Positions 19,135 through 27,711 of a stretch of DNA of 32,000 nt are shown piece by piece (positions within the stretch are counted from its first letter, which is position 1; every line of letters starts with the position of its first letter). Made by a program: the position numbers and the translations under genes. Source of the stretch: an archaeon. Its GTDB lineage: Archaea; Iainarchaeota; Iainarchaeia; Iainarchaeales; CSSED10-239. The notes below the pieces were generated by a model. It made no database searches, was not told the DNA's origin, and saw only the letters and a program-made list of their open reading frames with translations. The DNA lies in assembly GCA_041657425.1 (NCBI GenBank), contig JBBABY010000001.1, positions 138,494 to 170,493 of the forward strand, written 5' to 3'.

Positions 19135-21390
19135 ATGAAATCTAATGTATTAAATAAAATATTATTTGTATTTGTATTTATATTTTTAATAAATGGAATC
19201 TTTGCAGATCCGGAAATTTCTTCAATTACTTCTAGTTCAAGTCACGACGGAGTTCTTGGTATCGGGGACAAAATAGAGTTTTATGTAAAACTTACAGAAC
19301 CAATGATTGATGCGACAGTAATTCCTAATAATTATAATGGTGGGGAATTAACTTGGATTTCTCAAGATGACGGGCAAGTATATGTAGCCGCATATGAAGT
19401 TGAAGAAGGTCAGCCAAATCAAACTGACTTCCTTCAATTAACAGATGTAATGGCAAGAAATGAGGAGTTAAAAACTCTAGCGTTATCCGGAGAGGATGTT
19501 AGAAATACAATTGATGCGACTAGTCCAATTGTTACAGATTTAGTATTAGATATAATAAATACTAAAAATGTAAGAGAATACATTCTAAGTATTAATTTAG
19601 AAACGGATGAAAAAGACGGATTAATAAGATATGAAATAATAGATTCTGGAAAAAATATAATTTCAGGAGAAAGAGAGATAAATGAGCTTTTACAAATTAG
19701 TCAAGGGAAAATGCCATTATCTTTAAAAGTTGATGATTTATCTAGTTTAGTTGACGGAGATATTACAGTTAATATTGAAGTAATAGATGTTGCAGAAAAT
19801 AAGACGGAAATTTCTAAAGACACACAAAAGATTACTGTTCTTCCAGAATTAGAAAAAGTAAATTTGTATTCTATAAATTTAAAAAATCAAGATAGTTATA
19901 ATTTAGAAATAGTAGCAAATTTAGATTTAACAGATTGGTTAATTAATCTAGAAATATTTAATTTTAATACTACAGAGTCTGTTTATTTAATTTCTAAAAC
20001 TTCAAAGAAAATTAGCGATACTGGCTATAGTTTATCAGAAGATATAGATTTATCTAAGTTAGCTGAGGGAAAATATAAATTTAAAGTAACAATCACAGAT
20101 TCTTTTGGAAATACAAGTAAAGAATTCGAACAAAATATTTTAAAAGATACAATTAATCCTACATTGATATTAGATAATTCAACTCCTATTAAATATAATA
20201 AAAAAGATCTTAAGATTAAAGGGACAATTCAAGATAAACTAAATGAAACAATAAAGGTAAAATATAGGGTGCCTTCAACAACAGATTTAAAAGATTGTTT
20301 AGTAAACTATTCTCCCTCAGATGTAGTGGGTTATAATTATGTAACTTGTGATATTAACGGATTAAATGATGGTAATTATAATATTTTAATTCAATCAGAA
20401 GATTCTTCTTTAAACCAACAAGATATATATATTTCAGTTGTAATAGATACATTTCCTGTTAGTTTAGAAATAAATGACGGAAATAGATTAGTAAAAAACA
20501 GTAATAATTATCCAAAACAAATAACTGGAGCAATTACATTAAATCCAATTGCAATAAGTACAGTTAATGCATATTTAAGTCCTTTAAGATATGTTCCAGC
20601 AAATAGTTATAGAAAATATACAGTTATACCTACAGATTTAGGGAAATTTACAATTGATTTAAATGATTCTGTTTCTGGAACACAACCAGAAATCCCATTA
20701 GCAGATGGAGAATATTTATTACGTGTTATTCTAAAAGATAATTTCGGAAATACGGTTTTAAAAACTCAAAAAATAATAATTGATTCTATTGCTCCAGAAA
20801 CTACAATAGACGAATTAACAACCACAGATAGAACTCCTATAATTAGTGGAAAAACTACAAGTGGTTTAGCTTTAACTAATGAGGTTAAAGTTATAATAAA
20901 TAATAGAACTTATAATGCAGTTATTGATGGAAATAATTGGAGTGCACAAGTAACTGAGAATATGCCAATAGACGTACTTGATGTTAAAGTTATTGCAACA
21001 GATGAAGCAGAAAATACTGCCGAACCAGTAACAAGGACAGTTACAGTAACTCCAGCACCAGCAACAGGTGGCGGTGGTGGAGCAAGAATAACTCCTGTCG
21101 TAATTCCTCAGCCAGTAGTTACAACAACAACAGAAGTTATTCCAAGACCAGAACCATTCATTGCTCCAGCAAATCCTGCAACTCCAGTAAATAATGCAGG
21201 CACAACTCCAGCAACTGAAACTCCAGTAGCAGAAGAGCTTGCTCCAGCAGCAACAGAAATTCCAGCAACCGCAGGTGCAACAGGTTTCTTAGGTTTACCA
21301 GGAAACACAGCACGTAATGTGGGTGTGGGTGTAGGCGCTTTAGCAGTTATCGGTGCAGTAGGTTACTTTTTTTTCTTAAGACCAAGATAA
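19135..21390 (+). CDS. Large cell-surface protein: signal peptide, multiple Ig-like domains, Thr/Pro-rich stalk, C-terminal TM anchor
   Basis: 751 aa with signal MKSNVLNKILFVFVFIFLINGIFA and repeated Ig-like modules ending in DxxGN-type strands (ITDSFGNTS, LKDNFGNTV, ATDEAENTA). The tail reads PAPATGGGGG...TTPATETP...GFLGLPGNTARNVGVGVGALAVIGAVGYFFFLRPR. Confidence 0.8.
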   Translation: MKSNVLNKILFVFVFIFLINGIFADPEISSITSSSSHDGVLGIGDKIEFYVKLTEPMIDATVIPNNYNGGELTWISQDDGQVYVAAYEVEEGQPNQTDFLQLTDVMARNEELKTLALSGEDVRNTIDATSPIVTDLVLDIINTKNVREYILSINLETDEKDGLIRYEIIDSGKNIISGEREINELLQISQGKMPLSLKVDDLSSLVDGDITVNIEVIDVAENKTEISKDTQKITVLPELEKVNLYSINLKNQDSYNLEIVANLDLTDWLINLEIFNFNTTESVYLISKTSKKISDTGYSLSEDIDLSKLAEGKYKFKVTITDSFGNTSKEFEQNILKDTINPTLILDNSTPIKYNKKDLKIKGTIQDKLNETIKVKYRVPSTTDLKDCLVNYSPSDVVGYNYVTCDINGLNDGNYNILIQSEDSSLNQQDIYISVVIDTFPVSLEINDGNRLVKNSNNYPKQITGAITLNPIAISTVNAYLSPLRYVPANSYRKYTVIPTDLGKFTIDLNDSVSGTQPEIPLADGEYLLRVILKDNFGNTVLKTQKIIIDSIAPETTIDELTTTDRTPIISGKTTSGLALTNEVKVIINNRTYNAVIDGNNWSAQVTENMPIDVLDVKVIATDEAENTAEPVTRTVTVTPAPATGGGGGARITPVVIPQPVVTTTTEVIPRPEPFIAPANPATPVNNAGTTPATETPVAEELAPAATEIPATAGATGFLGLPGNTARNVGVGVGALAVIGAVGYFFFLRPR
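21025..21390 (+). repeat. Direct repeat copy 1 (3' module of first surface-protein gene)
   Basis: By-eye alignment to 23008-23373 at a fixed offset of 1983 nt gives about 13 mismatches and no indels over 366 bp. Confidence 0.9.
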
Positions 21391-21474
21391 AATGATTTTA
21401 TCTTAAAGGTTTTATTAAATAATAAAATAATAAAATAAATAAAAAATAATAAAACAAAAAAGGTGGATTAAATA

Positions 21475-23373
21475 ATGAATAGATTTTTAAAATTAATAAG
21501 TGTAATGTTTATCTTTACATTTTTTTTAACAAATGTTTTTGCAGATGAAACAATTCCTGCAGCAGAAGCTCCAGAAGAAGCAATTATAGGTATAATCGAT
21601 ATTAACGAGGCAATATCTATAACTTCAATTACTTCTGATGCAACAGAGAAAGGGGTTTTAGGAATTGACGAAACCATTAAATTTACAGTGGAATTAAGTA
21701 GACCAATGAGTCACGCAACAATTCATCCATACAATTATAATGATGGAAAATTAGTTTGGAAAACAAATGACTATAGAATCTTTACAGCAATATATACTGT
21801 TAAGGAAGGTCACAAAAATCAAGAAACACCATTACAATTAGAGCGCGTTTCTGCTGAAAATGGTACAATTAGAACCAGATCAGTTTCAGGAAGAGATGTT
21901 TTAAAAACAATTGATGCCACAAAACCAACAGCAACTCTATCTAAAGAAAACATAATAAAAAGCACAGCTTCAAATTTTATATTGTTAAGTAATATTTCTG
22001 AAGACATACAAGCTATTAATATTGTGTATACAGATAAAGAAAATAATAAAAAAGAAACTGATACTGACGATACAAATTTATCAAGTTTATTAGACGGTAG
22101 TATAATGGTTGCTGTAACATTAACTGACAGAGCTGGCAATACAAACCAATACAGTACAGAGTTAATCAAAAATACAGTTGCTCCAGTATTATTGGGAAGA
22201 ACAGTAACTATAAATCACAATACTAGTGTAATTATAAAAGGACAAATTAGTGTTGAATTAAAAGAAGAGAATTTTGCAGATTTAAAATTATCTACAGAGG
22301 GTGCGGAGCCAGTAGGTAGCGAATGTAATCTCAAGAAAGTTGATGATACCATTCACGAAATATTCTGTGAATTTAAAGAATTAAAAGATGGGAAATACGA
22401 CGCAAGATTTACCTTAACAGATAATTACAATAATAGTTCTGTTTCTGTAATGAATATATTTGTAAATCCAATTGATGCAAAATTTAAAGAAAATAATTTA
22501 ATTATAACTAAAACATTTCCAAAAATCACATATGGAAATTATAAAGTTAATACAGAGTTTCCTATTTCAGAAGCAGACACACTCATTTCTTTGAAATTAA
22601 AAAATAGGATAGTTGGCGATTGTAAAATTGAATTTACTAAACCAAATGAATTTTCTATAAGTTGTGCTCCTAAGATTCCAGTTATTGATATAGGAGTGGA
22701 TTCAGTAGTAGAATTGTCAAAGTTTGGTGATGGAAAATACGATTTAGAAGTAATCTTTACAGATGGCGCTTCTAATTATAAAACTATAAATCAACAAATA
22801 ATTGTTGACAATATTAAACCAGAAATTATATTAAATGGAGGGAATGTAAGTATAGTTCAAGGAAATACTTATGTTGACGCAGGTGCAACAGCAACAGATA
22901 ATGTTTCTGTTGGAACTCCAGTAATTTCAGGAACAGTTGATACAACAACAGTTGGAACTTATATAGTAACTTACAATGTAACAGATGAAGCAGGAAATGC
23001 TGCAACACCAGTAACAAGGACAGTTACAGTAACTTCAGCACCAGCAACAGGTGGCGGCGGTGGAACTAGAATAACTCCTGTCGTAATTCCTCAGCCAGTA
23101 GTTACAACATCAACAGAAGTTATTCCAAGACCAGAACCATTCATTGCTCCAGCAAATCCTGCAACTCCAGTAAATAATGCAGGCACAACTCCAGCAACTG
23201 AAACTCCAGTAGCAGAAGAGCTTGCTCCAGCAGCAACAGAAACTCCAACAACCGCAGGTGCAACAGGTTTCTTAGGTTTACCAGGAAACACAGCACGTAA
23301 TGTGGGTGTGGGTGTAGGCGCTTTAGCAGTAATCGGCGCAGTAGGTTATTTCTTCTTTTTAAGACCAAGATAA
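21475..23373 (+). CDS. Paralogous cell-surface protein with Ig-like/DUF5011-like domain and the same C-terminal stalk-anchor module
   Basis: 632 aa with a signal peptide. The N-terminal domain is alignable to the upstream paralog (GVLGI..IKF.V.L..PM..ATI.P.NYN.G.L.W...Y.V.EG..NQ). It has a DUF5011-like block NGGNVSIVQGNTYVDAGATATDNVS...VGTYIVTYNVTDEAGNAATPVTRTVTV. The C-terminal ~120 aa are nearly identical to the paralog. Confidence 0.8.
   Translation: MNRFLKLISVMFIFTFFLTNVFADETIPAAEAPEEAIIGIIDINEAISITSITSDATEKGVLGIDETIKFTVELSRPMSHATIHPYNYNDGKLVWKTNDYRIFTAIYTVKEGHKNQETPLQLERVSAENGTIRTRSVSGRDVLKTIDATKPTATLSKENIIKSTASNFILLSNISEDIQAINIVYTDKENNKKETDTDDTNLSSLLDGSIMVAVTLTDRAGNTNQYSTELIKNTVAPVLLGRTVTINHNTSVIIKGQISVELKEENFADLKLSTEGAEPVGSECNLKKVDDTIHEIFCEFKELKDGKYDARFTLTDNYNNSSVSVMNIFVNPIDAKFKENNLIITKTFPKITYGNYKVNTEFPISEADTLISLKLKNRIVGDCKIEFTKPNEFSISCAPKIPVIDIGVDSVVELSKFGDGKYDLEVIFTDGASNYKTINQQIIVDNIKPEIILNGGNVSIVQGNTYVDAGATATDNVSVGTPVISGTVDTTTVGTYIVTYNVTDEAGNAATPVTRTVTVTSAPATGGGGGTRITPVVIPQPVVTTSTEVIPRPEPFIAPANPATPVNNAGTTPATETPVAEELAPAATETPTTAGATGFLGLPGNTARNVGVGVGALAVIGAVGYFFFLRPR
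23008..23373 (+). repeat. Direct repeat copy 2 (3' module of second surface-protein gene)
   Basis: Same alignment as copy 1. Identity extends through the stop codon but not into the downstream intergenic DNA. Confidence 0.9.
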
Positions 23374-23405
23374 ATTAAATATTTATCTTTCTTTTCTTTT
23401 TATTT

Positions 23406-24272
23406 ATGATTTCAAAATATTTCGAGAAATTAAATGATAATACAATCAAGTGTACTGCTTGCTATCGTGCTTGTGTAATTACGGAAGGCAAGACAGGGTT
23501 TTGTAATGTTAGAAAAAACGAAAACGGAAAGCTTATTTCTTTAGTTTATGGTAAACCTATTTCAATTTGTATAGATCCAATAGAGAAAAAACCTCTTTAT
23601 CATTTTTTTCCTGGAACAAAAACCTTATCTCTTGGAACGCCTGGTTGTAATTTCGATTGTTCTTTTTGCCAGAATCATACAATATCTAATTGTAAAAACA
23701 TTAATTTAGAAAAACAGAATTTTGTTTCTCCAAAAGAAATAATAGCTCTTGCAAAAGAAAATAAAACTCCATCAATTTCTTATACCTATACTGAACCAAC
23801 TATTTTTGTAGAATATGCGTTGGATATTATGAAACTTGCAAAGAAAGAAGGAATAAAGAACGTGTGGGTAAGTAATGGATATATGTCTAAACCAGTTTTA
23901 AAAGACATAATCCCATATCTTGATGCGATCAATGTAGACTTAAAAGGAACCCAAGAGCTATATGATCAATTGATTCCAGGAATAGATGTTAAAAAGATTA
24001 AATCAAATATTAAAACACTATATAAAAATAAAGTTCATATAGAGATTACAAACTTATTAATTGAAGGATACAATACTACTTCAAAACAAATGCAAGAAAC
24101 AATTGATTTTGTTTATTCTGTTTCTCCAGAAATCCCACTACATTTCTCTAGAGCTTTTCCGTACTATAAATTAAAAACAATAATTCCAACAAAATTAGAA
24201 ACTTTAAAGTTAGCAGAGAAGTTAGCAAAAGAAAAGGGATTAAAGAACGTTTATCTGGAGAATATATACTAA
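23406..24272 (+). CDS. AmmeMemoRadiSam-system radical SAM enzyme (PFL-activase-like)
   Basis: 288 aa with CTACYRAC...GFCNVRKN, DPIEKKPLYHFFPG and GTPGCNFDCSFCQNHTIS (CxxxCxxC), matching the family signature. Confidence 0.82.
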   Translation: MISKYFEKLNDNTIKCTACYRACVITEGKTGFCNVRKNENGKLISLVYGKPISICIDPIEKKPLYHFFPGTKTLSLGTPGCNFDCSFCQNHTISNCKNINLEKQNFVSPKEIIALAKENKTPSISYTYTEPTIFVEYALDIMKLAKKEGIKNVWVSNGYMSKPVLKDIIPYLDAINVDLKGTQELYDQLIPGIDVKKIKSNIKTLYKNKVHIEITNLLIEGYNTTSKQMQETIDFVYSVSPEIPLHFSRAFPYYKLKTIIPTKLETLKLAEKLAKEKGLKNVYLENIY

Positions 24273-24315
24273 AATTGGTAGTTTTTGCGATTTCACAAAA
24301 AAATTAGGCGACTGG

Positions 24316-24324
24316 TTTTATATA
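24316..24324 (+). promoter_or_regulatory. TATA-box-like element upstream of the short-ORF/GNAT operon
   Basis: TTTTATATA lies about 34-42 nt upstream of the ATG at 24358. The AT-rich background makes this weak. Confidence 0.25.
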
Positions 24325-24357
24325 CTATTAAAGACCTAAATTATATAGTGAGCAATT

Positions 24358-24531
24358 ATGGCAAAACCAATAAGAGCAACCCCAACATTAAGGGGCGAAG
24401 ATGCAAAGAGATTTGTAAGAGAATGGATAGAAGAGTGTAAACATCCGTCTCCTGCAAGAGTGAAATTTATAAGAGAAGCAGAAGCCGAAGAAGAATTTTA
24501 CTTAAATCTCTTAAAAAAGGCGAAAGAATGA
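24358..24531 (+). CDS. 57-aa ORF, candidate antitoxin partner of the downstream GNAT
   Basis: Below the ORF-track length cutoff, so translated by hand: MAKPIRATPTLRGEDAKRFVREWIEECKHPSPARVKFIREAEAEEEFYLNLLKKAKE. Its TGA (24529-24531) overlaps the GNAT ATG (24528-24530) as ATGA. No family recognised and it does not look DUF1778-like. Confidence 0.5.
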   Translation: MAKPIRATPTLRGEDAKRFVREWIEECKHPSPARVKFIREAEAEEEFYLNLLKKAKE

Positions 24532-25043
24532 ATTTGATTATAAAAGAATTATCTATAGATTATAAAAATACAATTTCTAATTTTCAAACTTACGAAACAG
24601 AGCTTAAAAGATTTTTAATAGAAGATGCTATTAATGATCAAAATCAAAATATTTCTAAAACATTTCTACTTTTTAATAATAATTATTTAGTGGGATATAT
24701 TACCTTATTGTGCGATTCTTTAAGATTAGAAGGTGATTTGAAGGACTCATTCAAAGACAAGAATATAGTTTATAAAAGTCTTCCTGCATTAAAAATTGGG
24801 CGATTGGCTGTAGACGATAGATATCAAAGACAAGGTTTTGGACAGATATTAGTTAAACTTGCGTTTATTTCTGCAAAGAAGATATATTCAAATTATTGTG
24901 GATGCAGATTTTTAATTCTAGATGCAAAGCATAATAAAGAACCGAATAAAGATTCAATACATTTTTACAAAAAACTTAACTTTAGAATTCTAAAAGATAG
25001 AATAAAAGGAACAACGCCGATGTATCTAGATACATTAATTTAA
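24528..25043 (+). CDS. GNAT acetyltransferase of the TacT/KacT/AtaT-like toxin type
   Basis: 171 aa. LPALKIGRLAVDDRYQRQGFGQILV...RFLILDAKHN...SIHFYKKLNF mirrors the lGRLAVd..yQgqGlG...vDAk...a..FY..lGF pattern of tRNA-acetylating GNAT toxins. Confidence 0.7.
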   Translation: MNLIIKELSIDYKNTISNFQTYETELKRFLIEDAINDQNQNISKTFLLFNNNYLVGYITLLCDSLRLEGDLKDSFKDKNIVYKSLPALKIGRLAVDDRYQRQGFGQILVKLAFISAKKIYSNYCGCRFLILDAKHNKEPNKDSIHFYKKLNFRILKDRIKGTTPMYLDTLI

Positions 25044-25061
25044 AAAAATGGAAATGAGATT

Positions 25062-25307
25062 ATGAGATATATAAACGGAAAACAAGTAAGTAAACAAAAA
25101 TATGAAATTACAATAGAAGTTACTGATAATGAATTAAATATGTTTGATAATTTAGTTCGGTGTATCTGTACTTTAGACGGCGTATATCACCCTCTAGAAC
25201 CACAATACGAAAAATTATTAGCACGTACAGAAAAAGCACTTTGGAAATATGTAGATTATTACAAGGACAAAGAAAAATTAAACAATCCCAAGAACTCTAA
25301 GTATTAA
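25062..25307 (+). CDS. Hypothetical 81-aa protein, possibly third gene of the GNAT operon
   Basis: Starts 18 nt after the GNAT stop, with a GAAATGAG purine-rich stretch upstream. No family recognised. Its 3' end overlaps the convergent ORF by 30 nt. Confidence 0.4.
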   Translation: MRYINGKQVSKQKYEITIEVTDNELNMFDNLVRCICTLDGVYHPLEPQYEKLLARTEKALWKYVDYYKDKEKLNNPKNSKY

Positions 25308-25523
25308 AACAACTCCAAGCCCCGCAAGTCCAAAGATTGCTGATGCGATAATGGTTACAAGCATGGGAAGTTTAACTCCTATTAAGAAACATACAAGAAA
25401 TCCAAAAGCACCAAGAATGCTATTCATTAAGATGTTTTTAAAATGTCCAGCAATAACAATTGTGGCAATTACTAGAACGACACCAATAAGTAGTAATAAT
25501 GTATTACTAAAAGCAAACTCCAT
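25278..25523 (-). CDS. Small two/three-TM membrane protein, BofA-like
   Basis: 81 aa. NSILGAFGFLVCFLIGVKLPMLVTIIASAIFGLAGLGVVLIL resembles the BofA-family pattern (N..G...vp.N..t...g.lG.pG). Confidence 0.45.
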   Translation of the reverse strand: MEFAFSNTLLLLIGVVLVIATIVIAGHFKNILMNSILGAFGFLVCFLIGVKLPMLVTIIASAIFGLAGLGVVLILRVLGIV

Positions 25524-25601
25524 ACATTATCTTAATTATAAACCTTTTATATACTTTTTTAATTACTAAATATATATACATTAAACAAATAATGATTATT
25601 T

Positions 25602-26279
25602 ATGGATGAAATTAAACAATTAGATTACGAGTCTCAAAAATTAAAAGATTATAGAGATATGATAGAGTTACAAACAATCATTGGTAAGTATTTATCTGAA
25701 GGTTCTAGGACAGAGGATGATTTGATTAAATTAATACCTAATGCTAAGTATGATCAGATAGTTGGAATTCTAAAGAACATGTTGTTTTTAAAGTTAATAA
25801 CTAAAGACGGATATCCTGTTAAGTATTCAATATCTAAAGAAATCTCTGAAAAGTTAATAGAAAGAAAGAGAATTTCTGAAACTGATAAGAATCTAATAAA
25901 GATTGCAGTATTGATTGAGTCTAAATCTAATGACAAAGCAGAATTAAGAAAAGCAAATGATCAGATTGCTGCAAGTTTAAAAGCTGATGAGCAGTATCTT
26001 GTTTATGATTTAAATATTGCTGAGATAGTCTTACATGATGACCTATTCTCTACATATATTTCTGCAGAGGTTTCTTGTAGTTCTCTTAACTCTGTATTTA
26101 GGTTAATATACTTTTACGGGGCAACCTCAATTGAAGTACTTAAGCCAGATAAGTATACTGTGTCTTTATCTGATCTTCAGCAAACTGCTCAGATAATAAC
26201 AGACATGACTCACGGTTATGCTCAGATGATATATGAGTTAAGAAACAAGAATGACGCTATGTCTAAGTTTAAGAAGTAA
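25602..26279 (+). CDS. Hypothetical protein with probable N-terminal winged-helix domain
   Basis: 225 aa. YDQIVGILKNMLFLKLITKDGYPVKYSISKE looks like a wHTH recognition helix plus wing. The C-terminal ~120 aa are unassigned. Confidence 0.5.
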   Translation: MDEIKQLDYESQKLKDYRDMIELQTIIGKYLSEGSRTEDDLIKLIPNAKYDQIVGILKNMLFLKLITKDGYPVKYSISKEISEKLIERKRISETDKNLIKIAVLIESKSNDKAELRKANDQIAASLKADEQYLVYDLNIAEIVLHDDLFSTYISAEVSCSSLNSVFRLIYFYGATSIEVLKPDKYTVSLSDLQQTAQIITDMTHGYAQMIYELRNKNDAMSKFKK

Positions 26280-26281
26280 GT

Positions 26282-27040
26282 TTATTTTTTGAACTTTTCA
26301 ATTACTTCTTTAGAAACGGTTTTAAAATTCGGAACATTAGTAATTAGTTGTGATAATTCTGATTTCCAAATGGATTTTTTGTTGTTCAGTGTTTCTATAA
26401 ATCTATTTAAATCAAATTTATATCCGTAAATTTCTAATTTTTTATTAATTAATTCAAAATCGGCTTGTATTCCTTTTTTTATTAAGAAATGTAAATCAAA
26501 TAGATCTCTCGCTTTATTTCTAGTTATGATTGCTCTAACCTTTTCTGCAAATATTTCGTTTTCATTTAATGTATTTATATAGAATAACGGGAATTCTCTA
26601 TATACATGATTTACAGCAAGAGGGGTGCCAGGTAGTAAATTGTCTTTTCTATTAGAGAAATCAAGTGCAATTTTACATCTAGTGTTATTTGTGTCCTTGT
26701 ATAGCGGTCCATAAAAATAGACATATATATCTTCATATTTTCCTTTTTTTTCAATCTTATAATCTATAGATACATTATAATTTTGTAAAAATAATTTTAT
26801 TTTAGTTAAGCAATCATCTAGATCAGACTCTGGTTCTATTATCGTAAAATCCAAATCTTCTGAAAACCTATTTAAGTTATAACAGAGCATTAAACAAGTT
26901 CCTCCTTTGAATATAAACTTTTCTGGAAACAACTTAGAAATTGCAAAAAGAATTGCTGTATGTATATAGTTTGTTTCAGTTTGCCCAAGATTTAGATTTA
27001 ATTTCTTGTTATATTCTTTTAATTCAGTTATATCCATCAT
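26282..27040 (-). CDS. abiEii: AbiEii/AbiGii-family nucleotidyltransferase toxin (DUF1814), type IV TA / abortive infection
   Basis: The FIFKGGTCLMLCYNLNRFSEDLDFT signature is present. The start is set at the ATG at 27040, which overlaps the AbiEi stop as ATGA; the track's start at 27073 is an alternative. Confidence 0.85.
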   Translation of the reverse strand: MMDITELKEYNKKLNLNLGQTETNYIHTAILFAISKLFPEKFIFKGGTCLMLCYNLNRFSEDLDFTIIEPESDLDDCLTKIKLFLQNYNVSIDYKIEKKGKYEDIYVYFYGPLYKDTNNTRCKIALDFSNRKDNLLPGTPLAVNHVYREFPLFYINTLNENEIFAEKVRAIITRNKARDLFDLHFLIKKGIQADFELINKKLEIYGYKFDLNRFIETLNNKKSIWKSELSQLITNVPNFKTVSKEVIEKFKK

Positions 27041-27711
27041 ATATAAATCTCCTCGTTTATATTTAATTTCCATTTGTGATTATAGTTTTTTGATTTTTTT
27101 AAATTTTTATTAAGTAGTATGTAATTATTAATTTTATTTATTTTGGTATAGTGTTCATAGAGATCTATTCCTACAAGTTCTAAAAGATAACCTGTTCTTC
27201 TAATAAGATTTAGGTTATTAATTCTATTAAGATATGTGACTATTTTTTCTTTATCCAAATTGTCTTTTATTAATTTTGTTAATTCGTTTACTTGAACGAA
27301 ATTTTGATAACTTACACAATCAAGAAGTAATTTTTCTTTATCTGCAATAAATAAATCAAATCCTCCATATTTTATCTTATTATATCCAAAGAAATATTTT
27401 GTATTTATTTTTATAAATTTAATTTGTGATAATTCTTTTTTTTGTTTTTTTATTGCAACAGTTATCTTTAATGGTATTTGAGTAGAATATTCGTAGAAAT
27501 TAAGAGCAGATAAAAAAGAGATATATGATGGATTAATTATTTGCGTTGCATAACAAAAAGGATTTTCATTAAGTGTATATTTCCCTTTCTCTATGGTTAT
27601 AATTTTAGTTTTATTTCTACAGATATATACTTCTGGGTATTTTAGTCTATAATATAGTTTTAAATCTTTATTAGTAAATATTGCTAATTTTTTAAGTTTA
27701 GATAAATCCAT
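27037..27711 (-). CDS. abiEi: AbiEi-family antitoxin/transcriptional regulator
   Basis: 224 aa. IEKGKYTL...PSYISFLSALNFYEYSTQIP...FFGY...IADKEKLLLDCV matches the AbiEi (COG5340) pattern, and the gene sits directly upstream of AbiEii. Confidence 0.78.
   Translation of the reverse strand: MDLSKLKKLAIFTNKDLKLYYRLKYPEVYICRNKTKIITIEKGKYTLNENPFCYATQIINPSYISFLSALNFYEYSTQIPLKITVAIKKQKKELSQIKFIKINTKYFFGYNKIKYGGFDLFIADKEKLLLDCVSYQNFVQVNELTKLIKDNLDKEKIVTYLNRINNLNLIRRTGYLLELVGIDLYEHYTKINKINNYILLNKNLKKSKNYNHKWKLNINEEIYI

Noticed and set aside
21108-21308. 66-aa antisense ORF (MFPGKPKKPVAPAV...), duplicated at 23091-23291
   Set aside because: Both copies sit inside the repeated Pro/Thr/Ala-rich tail module, and the complementary strand of GCA/CCA/ACA-rich coding DNA stays open by composition. 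Their conservation simply reflects the sense-strand repeat.
21421-21455. Short tandem AATAAAAT-like repeats between the two surface-protein genes
   Set aside because: This is a degenerate A/T low-complexity tract in a promoter spacer. It is too short and imperfect to call a functional repeat or CRISPR-like array.
26282-27073. Longer AbiEii start at 27073 (MEIKYKRGDLY...)
   Set aside because: The ATG at 27040 forms the classic ATGA stop-start overlap with abiEi, and the extra 11 codons would overlap abiEi by 37 nt. The longer start is kept as an alternative only.
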